A stretch of DNA of 63,527 bases, counting the filler, from Fonticula-like sp. SCN 57-25 (taxonomy: Eukaryota): the NCBI GenBank assembly GCA_001724245.1. It is 3 parts of 3 records of this genome, joined end to end, with 100 filler letters (N's around TTAATTAATTAA, not from the genome) between each part and the next. Parts side by side here need not be neighbours in the genome. Positions count along the whole stretch, not along the records: positions 22,131 to 43,789 come from MEDX01000079.1; 2 more parts are not named here. One strand, written 5' to 3'. Under the pieces are notes generated by a model. The model was given only the letters and a program-made list of their open reading frames with translations. It was not told the origin of the DNA and made no database searches. Positions 32,071-43,889 of the stretch are shown here, piece by piece (the stretch's first letter is position 1; each line of letters begins with the position of its first letter). The position numbers and the translations under genes are program-made.

Positions 32071-35000
32071 ATGAGGAAAGTGCTTATGGTGGCGGAGAAG
32101 CCAAGTATTGCCAAGCAAGTCGCGGCAATTTTGGCAGGGCATGAGGCAACCCACAAGCGGACCGGGCCGTCAAAGTACAACCTCAACTTTGGGTTCAATT
32201 GCATGCTCGATGGCGCGGATGCACCGGCGGTGATGACTTCGGTGCTCGGGCACGTCACTACACTGGACTTTACGAACGAGGCAAAGAACTGGCAAGGCGT
32301 TTCTATGCTTTCGCTCTTTACGGCGCCCATCTCCCGGCGGCCATCTGACGTACGCACGGTGTTGCACGGCGCGCGCGATGCTGATCCATATGTTTGCGTA
32401 GGATATGGGCAATGTGGTCAAGAACCTGAAAGCAGAGGCGCGCGGAATGACAGACCTGATCATTTGGACGGATTGTGATCAGGAAGGCGAGCACATTGGG
32501 TTTGAAATTATCAACATTTGCCTGCCCGTGTCTCCACGAGCCCGCGTCCGCCGCGCCCACTTTTCGGCAGTCAGCCCCAGGTACACACACTTTTACTTTT
32601 CCGACACCATGTTACTGAAATTTTATGCAGGGACGTGCATAGAGCCATGGCAACATTGACCGAAATGGACCAGCGCAAGAGCGACGCGGTGGAGGCGCGC
32701 TCCGAGCTGGATCTTCGCATTGGAGCTGCCTTCACGCGGCTCCAAACGCTCACGTTACAGCCTCGGTTTGAGGATCTCAACAAGCGCATTATTAGCTACG
32801 GTATGTGGGCCTTTCAGTTTTTTTATGCTCATTTTGTTTCAGGTCCATGTCAGTTTCCCACCGTTGGATTTGTCATTGATAGGTACATGCGCATCCAGTC
32901 GTTTGTCCCGGAGCCCTTCTGGAAGCTTGTCGTTCGACACCGAAAAGTGCGTCTTGCTAATCACCTAGTTATGCCAATTAACCCTTTCCAGGCGAATGTG
33001 GATGTCTCGTTTCATTGGCAACGAAACCATTTGTTTGACGAACAAATCTGCCAAGCGCTCTACGACCGGTGCTCGCTTTCGATGCCTGCGCGGGTGGCCA
33101 TGGTCCAGACGCGACCGACCACGAAATAGTGCGTCAATTATTTACTTTTGTGCTTTGACTCATGCGGTCTCTAGCCGGCCGCTGCCGCTAACAACGGTGG
33201 AGCTGCAAAAGGCCGCCTCAACCTTTTTGCGAATGTCTTCAGCCACTGTTATGAAGGTTTGCTTTCCCCATTTTAATATGCTTTTTCTAAATCTGCACAG
33301 ATCGCGGAGGATTTGTACAACAAGGGATTTATCTCGTATCCACGTACCGAGACGGATTCGTTTGACCGCGGCTTTGACTTTCGCCCTCTCGTCGAGCGCC
33401 AGACAGGGGATCGCGACTGGGGCACATATGCTGACGGGTCCGGCTGCACTGGCAATAGTTTGCTTTTTCTTAACGCGTTTTGTGCCTTGTAGGCTGCTTG
33501 CGGGTCGCCTCTGCCAACCGCGGAATGGGTCGCACAATGACCGTGCGCACCCGCCGATCCACCCGACCAAGGCGGCGACCGGAGATATAAACGCGCAGGC
33601 CCGCAAAGTGTACGAGTTTATCACTCGTCGCTTCCTCGCCTGCGTGTCGGACGACGCGCGTGGCGAGCAAAAGACGGTGGAGATTGAGATTGGCAAGGAG
33701 ACATTTTCGGCGAGCGGGCTCGTCGTCACCGAGCGCAACTTTTTAGACGTGTATCCGTACTGGACATGGAAGAACCAAGCGATGGCGCCGTTCGCCGAGG
33801 GCGAGACTTTTATCCCCGATCACTTTTCCATTGAAAGCGGCTCCACCACGGCGCCGCACCATCTCACGGAAGCCGAGCTCATCACGCTGATGGACAAGAA
33901 CGGGATCGGTACGGACGCGACGATCCACGAGCACATTGCAAAGGTGCAGGAGCGCGAGTACATTTACAAGCACCAAGAGTTTTTCGTTCCGTCAACCATG
34001 GGCGTTGCGCTGGTGGAGGCGTACAGCTCGATGGGCTACGAGCTCTCCAAGCCGCATCTGCGCGCCAAAATGGAGGCCGACATGAAGCGCATCTGCGATG
34101 GTTCCATGACCAGAGAGCAGGTGGTCAGCGAAGCCGTCGCGCTTTACTCGCGTATCTTTGAGGACGCGGCCAATCGCAGGATGATGCTCGTCGATGCAGT
34201 GAGCAAGTACTTTAACGTGCCGCCGCTGGACGGCGGCGGTGCGCAGGCCTCTTTCGACGGCCCGCCGGACGACCACGACGTGCCGCCAGGCCCGCCGCCC
34301 ACGTCGTTCAACCCGCTCATTCGATCGAGGTCCGGCCCCCAGCATGCTGCCGCCGCTCCCGCCGCCGCTCCGCCAGCGGTGGCGCGCGCGCCGCCTCGCG
34401 AGGATGAAGTTGATATGGATGATCCGGATTTGATCGTACTGTCGGACGATGACGACGTATATGCCCGCCCTGCCCAGCCGGCGGCGCCAACGAGAGGCCC
34501 GGCGCCGCCTGCGCCCCCTGCTCGCCCTTGGGCACCACCGCCTGCTGACGCTCGTCCTATCGCACCCCCAGCTGCTTCGGCTCGTCCGTTCGCACCAACG
34601 GCAGGCCGCCCGGCGCCCGCCTCGCCTCCACGACCCACGGGGCAACCTTTCCCGCCGACCGAGCAGTTTTCGCCGGGAAGAGTGGTGCCCGTTCCGCGGT
34701 CGTTTGACCACCTGCAGACGCCGTTGCCTGGGCTCCTCGGGGCGGGTGAAGAGGACATCATGTCAGATTTTGGCTCGTTCGGAGGCGGCGATTCGGTGCG
34801 AATGTATATAATTCCTGCGGTTCTACTAATGCTGGCCTAGTTTGACGCTCCCGCGAGAGGGTTTGCCAGCAATCCTCGTGGGCAGGCGGAGCATTCGCGA
34901 CGCCCTGCGGCTCCGGCCCCTCGAAACGTGCGCACGATTGTAATATGCTACTCTATTCCCTAACGTTGTGATTGCGCAGGCACCTGCGGGAGGCGAACGC

Positions 35001-35618
35001 TACGTGTGCGGGTGCGGCGACATTGCAAAAGAGTTCAAGGTGAACAAGGCTGGACCCAACCAAGGACGCCTTTTCTATGCATGCGCCAAGCCTCAACAGG
35101 ACAATGAACGCTGCAAGTTCTTTTTCTGGGCCGACGATGGCGGGTCGAGTGAACAGAGCGGCGGGTACGGTGGACAGGGCGAGTATGGCGGCGGCGCCCG
35201 CGCGGCTCCGAGGGCCAATGACGCTGCGAGGCGCTGGGACTCGAACTCATCTCGCCCCGCTGGCGGCTCTGGACAGGGCGGAGGCAACGACGTGTGTTAT
35301 CACTGCAACCAGGTACGCACGGGGAAAAAATCGTATATTTACAACTAAGCACATATTTTGGTACAGCCGGGCCACTGGGCCAGTGCGTGTCCCGACCGGA
35401 ATGGCGGTCAGGGCGGAAGCCGTGGACGATCGCGCGGCGGAGGATCCTTTAGCCGGCGTCCTCGCGGTGGTGGAGGTGGTGGGTACGGCGGCGGCGGCGG
35501 AGGGTACGGCCGCGACGACGACGACCTCGACGGCGACGACGGCGAGCGGCCGCCGGCGCGGCGGGCCGGCTCCACGCGAGGCCGAAGCGGCGGCTACTCG
35601 CGTCGAAAGAACATGTAA
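32071..35618 (+). CDS. TOP3A: DNA topoisomerase III alpha (about 11 exons) with C-terminal GRF zinc finger, CCHC knuckle and RGG tail
   Basis: VLMVAEKPS, TSVLGH, IWTDCDQEGEHIG, GPCQFPTVGF, ISYPRTET, GIGTDAT, VNKAGPNQGRLFYAC and CYHCNQ|PGHWASACP. Confidence 0.93.
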
Positions 35619-35681
35619 AATATCAGAAATAGCCTTGTATAGCTCTGTAGAATTCTATAATACACGTGTGTCTATGTATGT

Positions 35682-36080
35682 CTATGCGGCTACTTGGTAC
35701 AGCACTCGTACCCGCAACGAGCACTCTTCGCACGTGGCGATGGTGCAGCCTTGCTCCATCTCGGCGCAGCGCAAGCGAAGCCACCCGCCACAGCGGCACG
35801 CCATCGCAAACAGGTCGCCTTCCTCGTCAAAGTCAAACTCGCTCAGATCGTACTCTGCGTGCGCCGACGTTTCCACGCCGCCCTGCAGCAGGCCGGCGTC
35901 GTACTTTGCGCGGCGCTCGGCGTCCGCCAGCACCTCGTACGCTTCGCGCAAGCGAATGAACACCGAGTCATCAGTGCTGCCCTTGTCTGGGTGGTGTATG
36001 AGGCTCAAGCGCTGGAATTGGGCGCGGATCTCGCGCGTGCTAGCGCCCTTGTCCACACCGAGCGTCTCGTAGTGCGACAT
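35682..36080 (-). CDS. DPH4: Diphthamide biosynthesis J-protein (J domain + CSL zinc finger)
   Basis: MSHYETLGV..HPDK..AYEVLAD, followed by ACRCGG and CEECSL. Confidence 0.88.
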   Translation of the reverse strand: MSHYETLGVDKGASTREIRAQFQRLSLIHHPDKGSTDDSVFIRLREAYEVLADAERRAKYDAGLLQGGVETSAHAEYDLSEFDFDEEGDLFAMACRCGGWLRLRCAEMEQGCTIATCEECSLRVRVLYQVAA

Positions 36081-36093
36081 GGCCCACGGGCAG

Positions 36094-36141
36094 CCAGTTT
36101 GCGTGCCAGTTTGCAATCCAGTTTGCGTACCAGTTTGCAAA
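36094..36141. repeat. Four tandem 12-nt units CCAGTTTGC(GTG/AAT/GTA/AAA)
   Basis: Read directly in the 107-nt spacer between the DPH4 and RCAN start codons. Confidence 0.85.
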
Positions 36142-36187
36142 GCTGACCCATCGATCGGGAGGTGCGTGCTCGTTGGCGCCGCCCGCC

Positions 36188-36877
36188 ATGGCAGCCATGT
36201 TCAAGAACACGAATACTGTCACTATTCGTGTCAAAGGCGATAGCCAGAGGTGCGTTCTCTTTGCACGTTTCTAGATTTGACCGCTGACTCGTTTCCCCAG
36301 CATGATGGCGTTTGATTATGGCCATCTGAGGATGATGCTCGGAACACTCGGGTCAATCGTGTCGTTCACGTCGTACCGCACGGCCGGGCGAGCCACGGTT
36401 GTTTTTGAAACGGATCGGTCTTGCTACGAGACGTACCTCAGGCTACACCATGTTGTTATTGGCAATTGCCTTATTAATGTGATCCCAGAGGAGGCCACGC
36501 ACATGGAGCACCTCTCGGCATCGTACCTTGGCCTTCCGCCAAACACGGGGGCATTCATTGTGTCGCCGCCGCCGTCTCCACCTCCGGAATGGGCACCCGG
36601 CTCTGAATCGTCGCCCGTGCAGAGTTTGAATTTGAGCATGGTCGCGCTGGCATTGGACGACATTTCGATGCGCTACGATGGTTCGGGCAGGCTGACCCTC
36701 CTAGCGGACGCTGAAGGGCAGGGAATCCCGAGCATCATCGTGGAGGACTACGATAATGTATCGTGTGACTACGACATGGATTCTTCGTCGAGAAAGCAGC
36801 GCATCCCACAAACCGTGCGGCCGCCATTGAGCGCGGGCCTTCATTCGCCCCACTCCTACAGCGTGGGCTCGCAATAG
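36188..36877 (+). CDS. RCAN: Calcipressin / regulator of calcineurin (intron 36250-36300)
   Basis: RRM-like N-terminus, FIVSPPPSPPPEW (FLISPP motif), PSIIVE (PxIxIT) and PQTVRPP (TxxP). Confidence 0.88.
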
Positions 36878-37078
36878 ATACTTGACCAAGGCCACCAACG
36901 GCCTATTTTTGAAAACTCACCTAGAAGTAGTCTTACCATTGACCATTATTTCTTATTGTATGGATACATTGTTTCGTTTCTCGCTTTCGTGTAAATAATA
37001 TTGATATTATTCTTACAAGGGTACTACTAATACAAGCTGGTTCGAAATTCAACGGGATACACAACAGCACGAAGAGAT

Positions 37079-37769
37079 CTAGTGTAGTCGCCGCCGCCGC
37101 CGCCGCTGCGAAGGGTGGGACACCACACATGCGTGAAGCTGGCGCGATACGCACGCCAGGCTCCGCGCGGTTCTTTCGTCCAGGAAGCCGATAAGCCGGC
37201 TCTGTATTTTGCACACTGTTAGCGTAGGGGGGCACTGTTTGGCGAGCGCGCACCACAAGCTCGGGGATCTGCAAGAACTGGCGAATAGGGAGCGGCTCCT
37301 CTGTCCCACTCGCCCTGCATAACGCCCAGAGGAGTGGCCACCCCACAGAGTCCTTGATCTGGGCCGAGAGGGCGGGGAGCTGGCGCAGCCTATCTGTGGG
37401 CATCTCTGTTCCGCCGCCGCCAACGTAGGCGTAGGTATTCACGACTGTGCGGAACACTGAGTCGTACAGGCCGCCCACCACCAGCAGCCTGGTAGGCGTG
37501 AGCTCGACAAAGCGGGCGAGCGCAGCGGCCGACGGCGCCGACGGGTGGCGGATCTCCCATGACGCATCCGACAGGCGAGCGAGCTCGAAACCCTGCTCGA
37601 GCAAGAGGGAGCGCGCGACAACGCCCACGACGTGCACAGCCTTGCTGGCGCCGCTCTCGCTCACGGCCCGCTCGAGCGACAGCGGTATTCGGTACCGCCC
37701 GTCGGCGTCAAAGCCGCTGTTGTCGATCCGGGTGACAAATTCAGTCACCGTCATCCCCGTGACCACCAT
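37079..37769 (-). CDS. FBXO7/SKIP22-like protein (FP/PI31-like domain + F-box; 2 exons)
   Basis: VVARSLLLEQGF and LSAQIKDSVGWPLL segments, and a spliced F-box FLQIPELV|SRLIGFLDERTARSLACVSRQL. The start is 37769 or 37754. Confidence 0.65.
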
Positions 37770-37775
37770 ATCACA

Positions 37776-38780
37776 ATGGCGTCGACGCACGCGGTCGGCG
37801 GTTCGAGTACCACCGGGAACGGCGATGGCGCGGGCTGGCAGCCGCCGCCGCCTCTGCCTGGCGGCTTCTACAAACGCCCAAGCCCGCCTTCTGCTGGGGC
37901 AGCCTCTGCAGCGGGGTCGGCGATGCCGGCGGCGCAGGCAGCAGCAGGACAGCACCGGATTGCTCAACCAACGCCGCAACAGCCGAGGCAGCGCCCCGTG
38001 GCCGCGAGGTGCGAGCCGTGCAAGAGGGACTTTTTCAAGCAGGAGCACTACGAAGCGCACTTGCAGACGCACGAGCGGTGCCACGCGTGCGAGTACAGCG
38101 CGTCGAGAAAGTTTCTCGAGGTCCACATCCGGCAGCAGCACGAGACGGGGAGAGCCAGTCTGCCGACCCTCGACACGCCCGAGCAGATCGCTGCGTGGAT
38201 CGCCGAGCGCAAGAAAAAATGGCCTAGTGCGCAGAATTTGAAGCGCAGGCAGGAGGAGGAGAGCCAAAATGGAGCCAAAGTAGCCGATCCCGAGACCAAG
38301 CGGCAGCGAAGCGAGCCCGAGCAGGCCGCGGCTCCCCCGCCATCTGCACCAAACCCGCTTGGCATCGACTATGGCGAGTCGGCCTCTTCGGACGACGACG
38401 ACGATGCGCCCGAAGTGCAGACGAGGGTGCCTGGGCTCCAGGTCGAAGACGAGGCGCCGCCGAGCACGAGGGCCACACCAGCGCCCGAGGTCAAGGCATT
38501 GGAGCCCGCGGACCGCGCAGCGCCGGCGCCGACGCCGACGCCCTCCACGCCCTCCACGGCAGGCAAGCGGACATGCCGGTACTTTATGCGAGGCTCCTGC
38601 CGCAACGGGTCAAACTGCCAGTACTCGCACGAGCGGTCCTCCGCCTCGGCCAGCCAGCACCCCCCGCCCGCTGCGAACGACGGGCCATCGTCGCTCCTAA
38701 AGTCGCTGCTGGCCAACGACGTGCGCCGTGAGCGGTTCGTGCTTTTGCAATGTATTCAGCATTTGGTCTCTTCTTGGTAG
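37776..38780 (+). CDS. NUFIP1: NUFIP1/Rsa1-like box C/D snoRNP assembly factor with C2H2 and CCCH fingers
   Basis: CEPCKRDF..HLQTHERC..H, LDTPEQIAAWIAERKKKWPS, CRYFMRGSCRNGSNCQYSH and SLLKSLL..LLQCIQHLV. Confidence 0.85.
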   Translation: MASTHAVGGSSTTGNGDGAGWQPPPPLPGGFYKRPSPPSAGAASAAGSAMPAAQAAAGQHRIAQPTPQQPRQRPVAARCEPCKRDFFKQEHYEAHLQTHERCHACEYSASRKFLEVHIRQQHETGRASLPTLDTPEQIAAWIAERKKKWPSAQNLKRRQEEESQNGAKVADPETKRQRSEPEQAAAPPPSAPNPLGIDYGESASSDDDDDAPEVQTRVPGLQVEDEAPPSTRATPAPEVKALEPADRAAPAPTPTPSTPSTAGKRTCRYFMRGSCRNGSNCQYSHERSSASASQHPPPAANDGPSSLLKSLLANDVRRERFVLLQCIQHLVSSW

Positions 38781-39039
38781 CGGGCCATGGGCATATGTAT
38801 GTAATATAGAGTTTTCTTGTATTGAACTTCATCTCTCGCACCGCCGCAACAGAGCAGCGAAAATAAGCGCGCACGCGCGCATGATACATACAGGCAAAGG
38901 GGAGACAAACGTAGAGAGAGAATTCCGAGTATCAATCAAGAAGCATTAAGAGACGCATGTCAACGAAAGTAAACTGCACAAATACCGGCCCATACTTACA
39001 GTACCAAAAATCATCACTCGACTCTAAGCACAGCGCACG

Positions 39040-41041
39040 TTACCGCCTGTCGTGCGTGCCGTTCTTGCGCTTGCCCTGGAACAAGTGACGCGGCATGGCT
39101 GTCCCGATGTGGCGATCGGCCTCACCGGCGCGACCGCGCAGGTTGCGCTCCCGCTGGGCCTTGCGAATGATGCGCTCGACCTCGCTCTGCTGCACCTCGT
39201 CACGGAGACCGGACGCCGACGCGCTGCGATCGCGCACACCGGCAACGCTCTTTGAACGGGCGCGCTTCTTGTCGTCGGCACCCTCCTCGACGTCCTCGGG
39301 GCCCCTGCTGACGGAGCGGGCGCGCTTGCGCGTCGACGAGCGGCTGCGGGCAACCGCCTGGTCGGCGGCCTCACCGGCATCGAGACCCATGCTCTTCATC
39401 GACTCCTTAAAGTCGCTCGTCGAGAGGATCTGGCGCGAGCGCTGGGCAACCGGGCGGTTCTTGTGCAGCACCTTGACGGAGCGGTGGCGATTGAGCATGA
39501 GCAGCTTCTTGTCGCGGATTGTCTTTGCGAGCTTCTTGCGATCGAGGGTCTCCTCGGTCTCCTCCTCCTCCTCCTCCTTGTCATAGTAGCCGGCGGCCTC
39601 GAGGGCCTCCTCCTCGCGCTCGAGCGCGTCGAGCTTGGCGACAATGTCGGCATCGAAAAAGTCGGCAATGTTCTTGCCGTCCCAGATCTCGGGAATGGCG
39701 TCGTACTTCCACTCGTCGTCGCGGAGCATGTAGCTCTTCTTCCAGTCCTTAATGTAGACGCCAGCACCGCCGTTCTCGCGCTCAATGTCGCGCTCGAGCT
39801 TGCGGCGCATGGGGTCGTTGTGATCGTAGACAACGCGCTCCTGGACGACCGGGGGGCGCTCCTTGCCGTCGCGGGGCGTCGGCTGCGAAACGTGAAGCTT
39901 GGCGGTGATGTCCTCCGCCTTGCGCGTGCGGAGCTTCTGCTCAACGCGCATGGCGAGGAGCTTGTCGCAGGCGAGCTGGCGCACGTCCATCACGCCCTCG
40001 TCAGTGAAGCACGACGTCTGCATGAGCTCCACGCCGTCGTCGAGGACCGAGTTGACGAGCGCCTTCTGCTCCTCGGTGAGCTGGTCAAAGCGCATAACGT
40101 CCACCTTGTTGATAACAAGGATAAGCGGCTTGTTGGCGAAAAGCGGCTTGATGCTGTGGAAGAGGCTCACCTGGGCGGCAATCGAGTAGCCGCACTGCTC
40201 CGAGAGGTCCATAAAGTAGAGGATGCACGCGCGGAGATGGGCAAGGGCAGTGATCGACTGCATTTCAATGGTGTTGCGCTCCTCGAGAGGGTGATCCAGA
40301 ATACCGGGGGTGTCGATCACCTGCCAGCGAAGGTAGCGGTAGTCCATGTGGCCGACAAAAAGCGACTTTGTCGTGAACGCGTAGGGCTGCACCTCCACCT
40401 GCGCGCGGGTCAGCTTGTTCATGAACGACGACTTGCCGACGTTGGGGTAGCCGGTGACAAGAAGCGTGCGGGTGCTGGGGTCGATGGACGGCAGGCGGCC
40501 AAGATGCTGGCGAACCTCCTCGAGGTACTCGAGCGGCTTCTGCATGCCCTTGATGAGCGTGCACATGCGACCGAGGCAAGCGCGCTTCAGCTGCTTGCAG
40601 CGGTACAGCGAGTCACCAAACTTGAGCAGGCGCAGGTAGTCCTTGGCGATGTTGGCAATGTGGTGCTTGGCCGCGTTCGCCTGGCCGAGGGCGAGCTTGT
40701 AGTGGTCGCGGTCGTACAGGACGTTCATGAGGTCGCTGTAAAAGGGGTGCACGTCCTGCAGCGAAGCGGCGGGTTAGCACCAGTATAGCAAATGCGCATA
40801 CAAATCAAAGACGCACGTCAAGCTGCGGAAAGTCGGTGAGGGCCTGCTCCAGCTTGTCGTGGAACGACTGAGCGGCAAACTTGCACTTGCGCATGTAGAA
40901 GGAACGAATGCGGTTGATGGCATAGTTCTTGTGGATCACCGTCGGCGTCTTGCGCTGAGTCTTTGACAGCACAATGTCAATGAGCTCCGTGGCGGTCGGC
41001 ACCGCCTGGATCCGCTTGAAATTGTACAAGCTCGACGCCAT
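39040..41041 (-). CDS. NOG1: Nucleolar GTP-binding protein 1 (60S biogenesis; 2 exons)
   Basis: [36 protein letters not shown], and C-terminal [17 protein letters not shown]. Confidence 0.96.
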
Positions 41042-41278
41042 GGCTGCTGACCTGTGGAGTGGAAAGCTGCGGCGTGTGGCCACGCGGATGTACGATATCT
41101 AGCGCGCAATCTGATTGGTTCCCCGTGGTCATCGTGGTGCGCACTTTGCTCCCCTCGATACATCCATCTGGGGTGGGCTATTTGTGGTACCCCCGGGAAC
41201 CGTTGTTTCGTTTGTGTCTTTTTCAGCTGCCGCCTTGCTCTCCCCTTCGACGGGCACAAGGACCGAGAAAGATTCGCC

Positions 41279-42071
41279 ATGGCTCTCTTCATCAAGGCAT
41301 TCATGGACTGGCTCCGGTCCCTTTTCTTCAAGGAGGAGATGGAGCTTACGCTTGTCGGCCTTCAAAACTCCGGAAAGACGACGCTCGTCAACGTGTTGGC
41401 GGTACGCGATCGTGACGCATTTGCCGTGACCTCCTATCCTCTATATAAGCATAACCAGTGAATTCTCGCTTAAACTCCTGTTTGCCCCGGGGCCTTTGCT
41501 ATGGTTTTCTTACCAATTTTATTTTTACGCACAGAACGGGCAGTTCAATGAGGACATGATCCCCACCGTCGGCTTCAATATGCGCAAGGTGACCAAGGGC
41601 AATGTCACGATGAAGCTGTGGGACATTGGAGGCCAGCCGCGCTTCCGGAGCATGTGGGAGCGCTACTGCCGTGGTGTCAACTCGATTGTGTACGCAAGGC
41701 GAAAAAAGATCTGTTAAAGCTAATCGGCGTTGGACCTACAGTTTTGTTATTGATTCGGCCGACCAGGAGAAGCTCGAGGCCGCCAAGACGGAGCTCAAGA
41801 GCCTGCTGGAGAAGCCGCAGCTCGCCGGTATCCCCGTTCTTGTGCTCGGCAACAAGAACGACTTGCCCGGCGCCCTTTCGGTGGAGCAGGTCATCGACCG
41901 CCTGTACGCTTGCCGCGGTGAATTCCACAGCTTCTCTAACCCTGATACGCCTCTAGTGATCTCAAGAGCATCTCGAACCGCGAGGTTTGCTGCTACTCCA
42001 TCTCGGCAAAGAACCAGGTGAACATTGACATTACCTTGCAGTGGCTCATCAAGCACGCCAAGAGCAAATAG
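41279..42071 (+). CDS. ARL8: ADP-ribosylation factor-like 8 GTPase (4 exons)
   Basis: [62 protein letters not shown] and GNKND. Confidence 0.95.
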
Positions 42072-42493
42072 ACAGTGCAGGCGCTTGGTTATGGCCGCGC
42101 TTTTCACGCTCTCGTTTCCCCATGCTGTTCTCTGTTCACACACCTTCGGTCGTTATTTTTCCTCTTGTTTTCTTTCGTTCCTATCTATCACACTGGCCTT
42201 CCTATCTGTGCGCCTTGCGTACCGTCTTTTCGTTCCGACAGCCTGGGCTGGGTAGGCGTGAAAGCGGCGCGGGTATGCATCCTATAGAATTTTCCCTTGT
42301 CTTTTTTGAACCTTTTTGTCAAATTGACGAGGAAGACCCTCTCGTTTGCGCCGTGTGTCTGAACAATAAAAAAGTAAGGAATATTTACGGGCTCTTTTGC
42401 ATTATGTAGATATGATATGGGCAGGCAAAGGGAATCATCAAAAGGTAGCAGCAGGAACATGGCTCGCCGTTTCTCGTGTAAAGAAGAGCATCT

Positions 42494-43789
42494 CTAGAGC
42501 CTGTACTGCAGGGTGCGGAAGGGTCTAATGGGCGCCTTCATCTCGTACTTGGCCGCCTCCTCGAAAGCGGTGGACGCCTCGATAGGCTGGCCCGTGGCGA
42601 GGTAGAGGTGCGCGAGGAGCGCCCAGGACATGTAGTCGTGCTCGTCGGCCTCGATGGCCGCCCGCAAATAGTGCTCCGCCTGCACGGTGTACTCGCTGGC
42701 GGTCTGCGACCCCTGCGGGGCTTCCGCGGCCAGCCTGAGGAGCACGCGACCGAGCCCCTGCAGGGCGGCCGTGTGCGACAGGTCAAACTGGAGGGCATTC
42801 TGAAAGTGCTTGGTCGCCTGCTCATAGTTGCCGCGGCCCTCCTCGATGCGGCCCGCGCACGTCCACACATTCGCGTCGGCGAGGCGGATCTGCGCGGCCT
42901 CGCTGACGCACGTCTCCGCCTCGTCCCAGCTGCCAAGGCCGATAAAGAAGGCGGCCGAGGCCGTCCACACGGCCACGGCCGTCTCCATCGCCTCGCGGTG
43001 CTCGGGGACTTCAATGTCGGCCGTCACCGAGACGGTCGAGGCTACCATATTGAGCGCCGCGGGGTGGTCGCGCGTGGCATCGCGCCGGCTGAACGACCGC
43101 TGTATCCGGGAGGTCGGCGGCACCGTGCCCGAGACCTGCGAACTGGCGAGCATCTGCATCATGGTCAATTTGTGCCCGGGTTCCGTGCTCTTGGCAAACG
43201 CGACGACCGCCTGTTGAAGCGTGCCGAGCGCCTTGGTCGACCCGACGGTCAGGATTTCAATGGACGCCTGCGTGAGGAGCAGCTGCGCGTCCGGGGCCCC
43301 GCCCGCCTCGCACGCACGCAGCGCCGCCTCATAGTCCTTCTGGCCCGACAGGATGAGGGCAAAGAGATGGAACACATCCGAGCTCTGCTTGTCGACCTTT
43401 AGCGCCTCGACGACTTGGTGCCGCGCCTTGTGCAAGCGGGCGCGCTCCGCCTGGAGCAGCGCCGCGTTGTACGAGATGGTCAGGCCGGCCATCGCGGGGT
43501 CCTTGCTGGCTTCCGCAAATGCGGCGCTCGCCTCCTTCCGCAGCCGCTCCGCCTCCTTGGCGCCCGACGTGCGCGCCAGCCGCGCCTTGGCGACGGCGAT
43601 GAGGTGTTGTAACCGCGGCACGTTGGGATCCGCGCGCCCCAACCCCTGCTCTGCAATATGCAGCGCTTCGCGGGGGCTACTCAGCGGGTGCAGGAGAAGC
43701 TCCGCGGCCAGGACGCTCGCCCTTGCGTCAAAGAGGCACTCGCGCGTGACGGCGAGCGCCTCCACATGGCGGCCTGCGCGCGCGAGCGT
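42494..43789 (-). CDS. TPR protein, TTC7/Ypp1-like (C-terminal part; 5' end lost in the gap)
   Basis: Tandem TPRs, FHLFALILSGQKDYEAAL, and C-terminal EMKAPIRPF as in the TTC7/Ypp1/NPG family. Confidence 0.7.
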   Translation of the reverse strand, partial: TLARAGRHVEALAVTRECLFDARASVLAAELLLHPLSSPREALHIAEQGLGRADPNVPRLQHLIAVAKARLARTSGAKEAERLRKEASAAFAEASKDPAMAGLTISYNAALLQAERARLHKARHQVVEALKVDKQSSDVFHLFALILSGQKDYEAALRACEAGGAPDAQLLLTQASIEILTVGSTKALGTLQQAVVAFAKSTEPGHKLTMMQMLASSQVSGTVPPTSRIQRSFSRRDATRDHPAALNMVASTVSVTADIEVPEHREAMETAVAVWTASAAFFIGLGSWDEAETCVSEAAQIRLADANVWTCAGRIEEGRGNYEQATKHFQNALQFDLSHTAALQGLGRVLLRLAAEAPQGSQTASEYTVQAEHYLRAAIEADEHDYMSWALLAHLYLATGQPIEASTAFEEAAKYEMKAPIRPFRTLQYRL

Positions 43790-43889
43790 NNNNNNNNNNN
43801 NNNNNNNNNNNNNNNNNNNNNNNNNNNNNNNNNTTAATTAATTAANNNNNNNNNNNNNNNNNNNNNNNNNNNNNNNNNNNNNNNNNNNN
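43790..43889. other. Assembly gap with artificial TTAATTAATTAA linker
   Basis: Same 100-nt N/linker design as the first gap. It truncates both flanking genes. Confidence 0.95.

Noticed and set aside
36933-38267. 444-aa minus-strand ORF overlapping NUFIP1
   Set aside because: Only the middle part (from about 37769) is the F-box gene. The upstream part is the antisense shadow of NUFIP1 and the downstream part reads through an intron.
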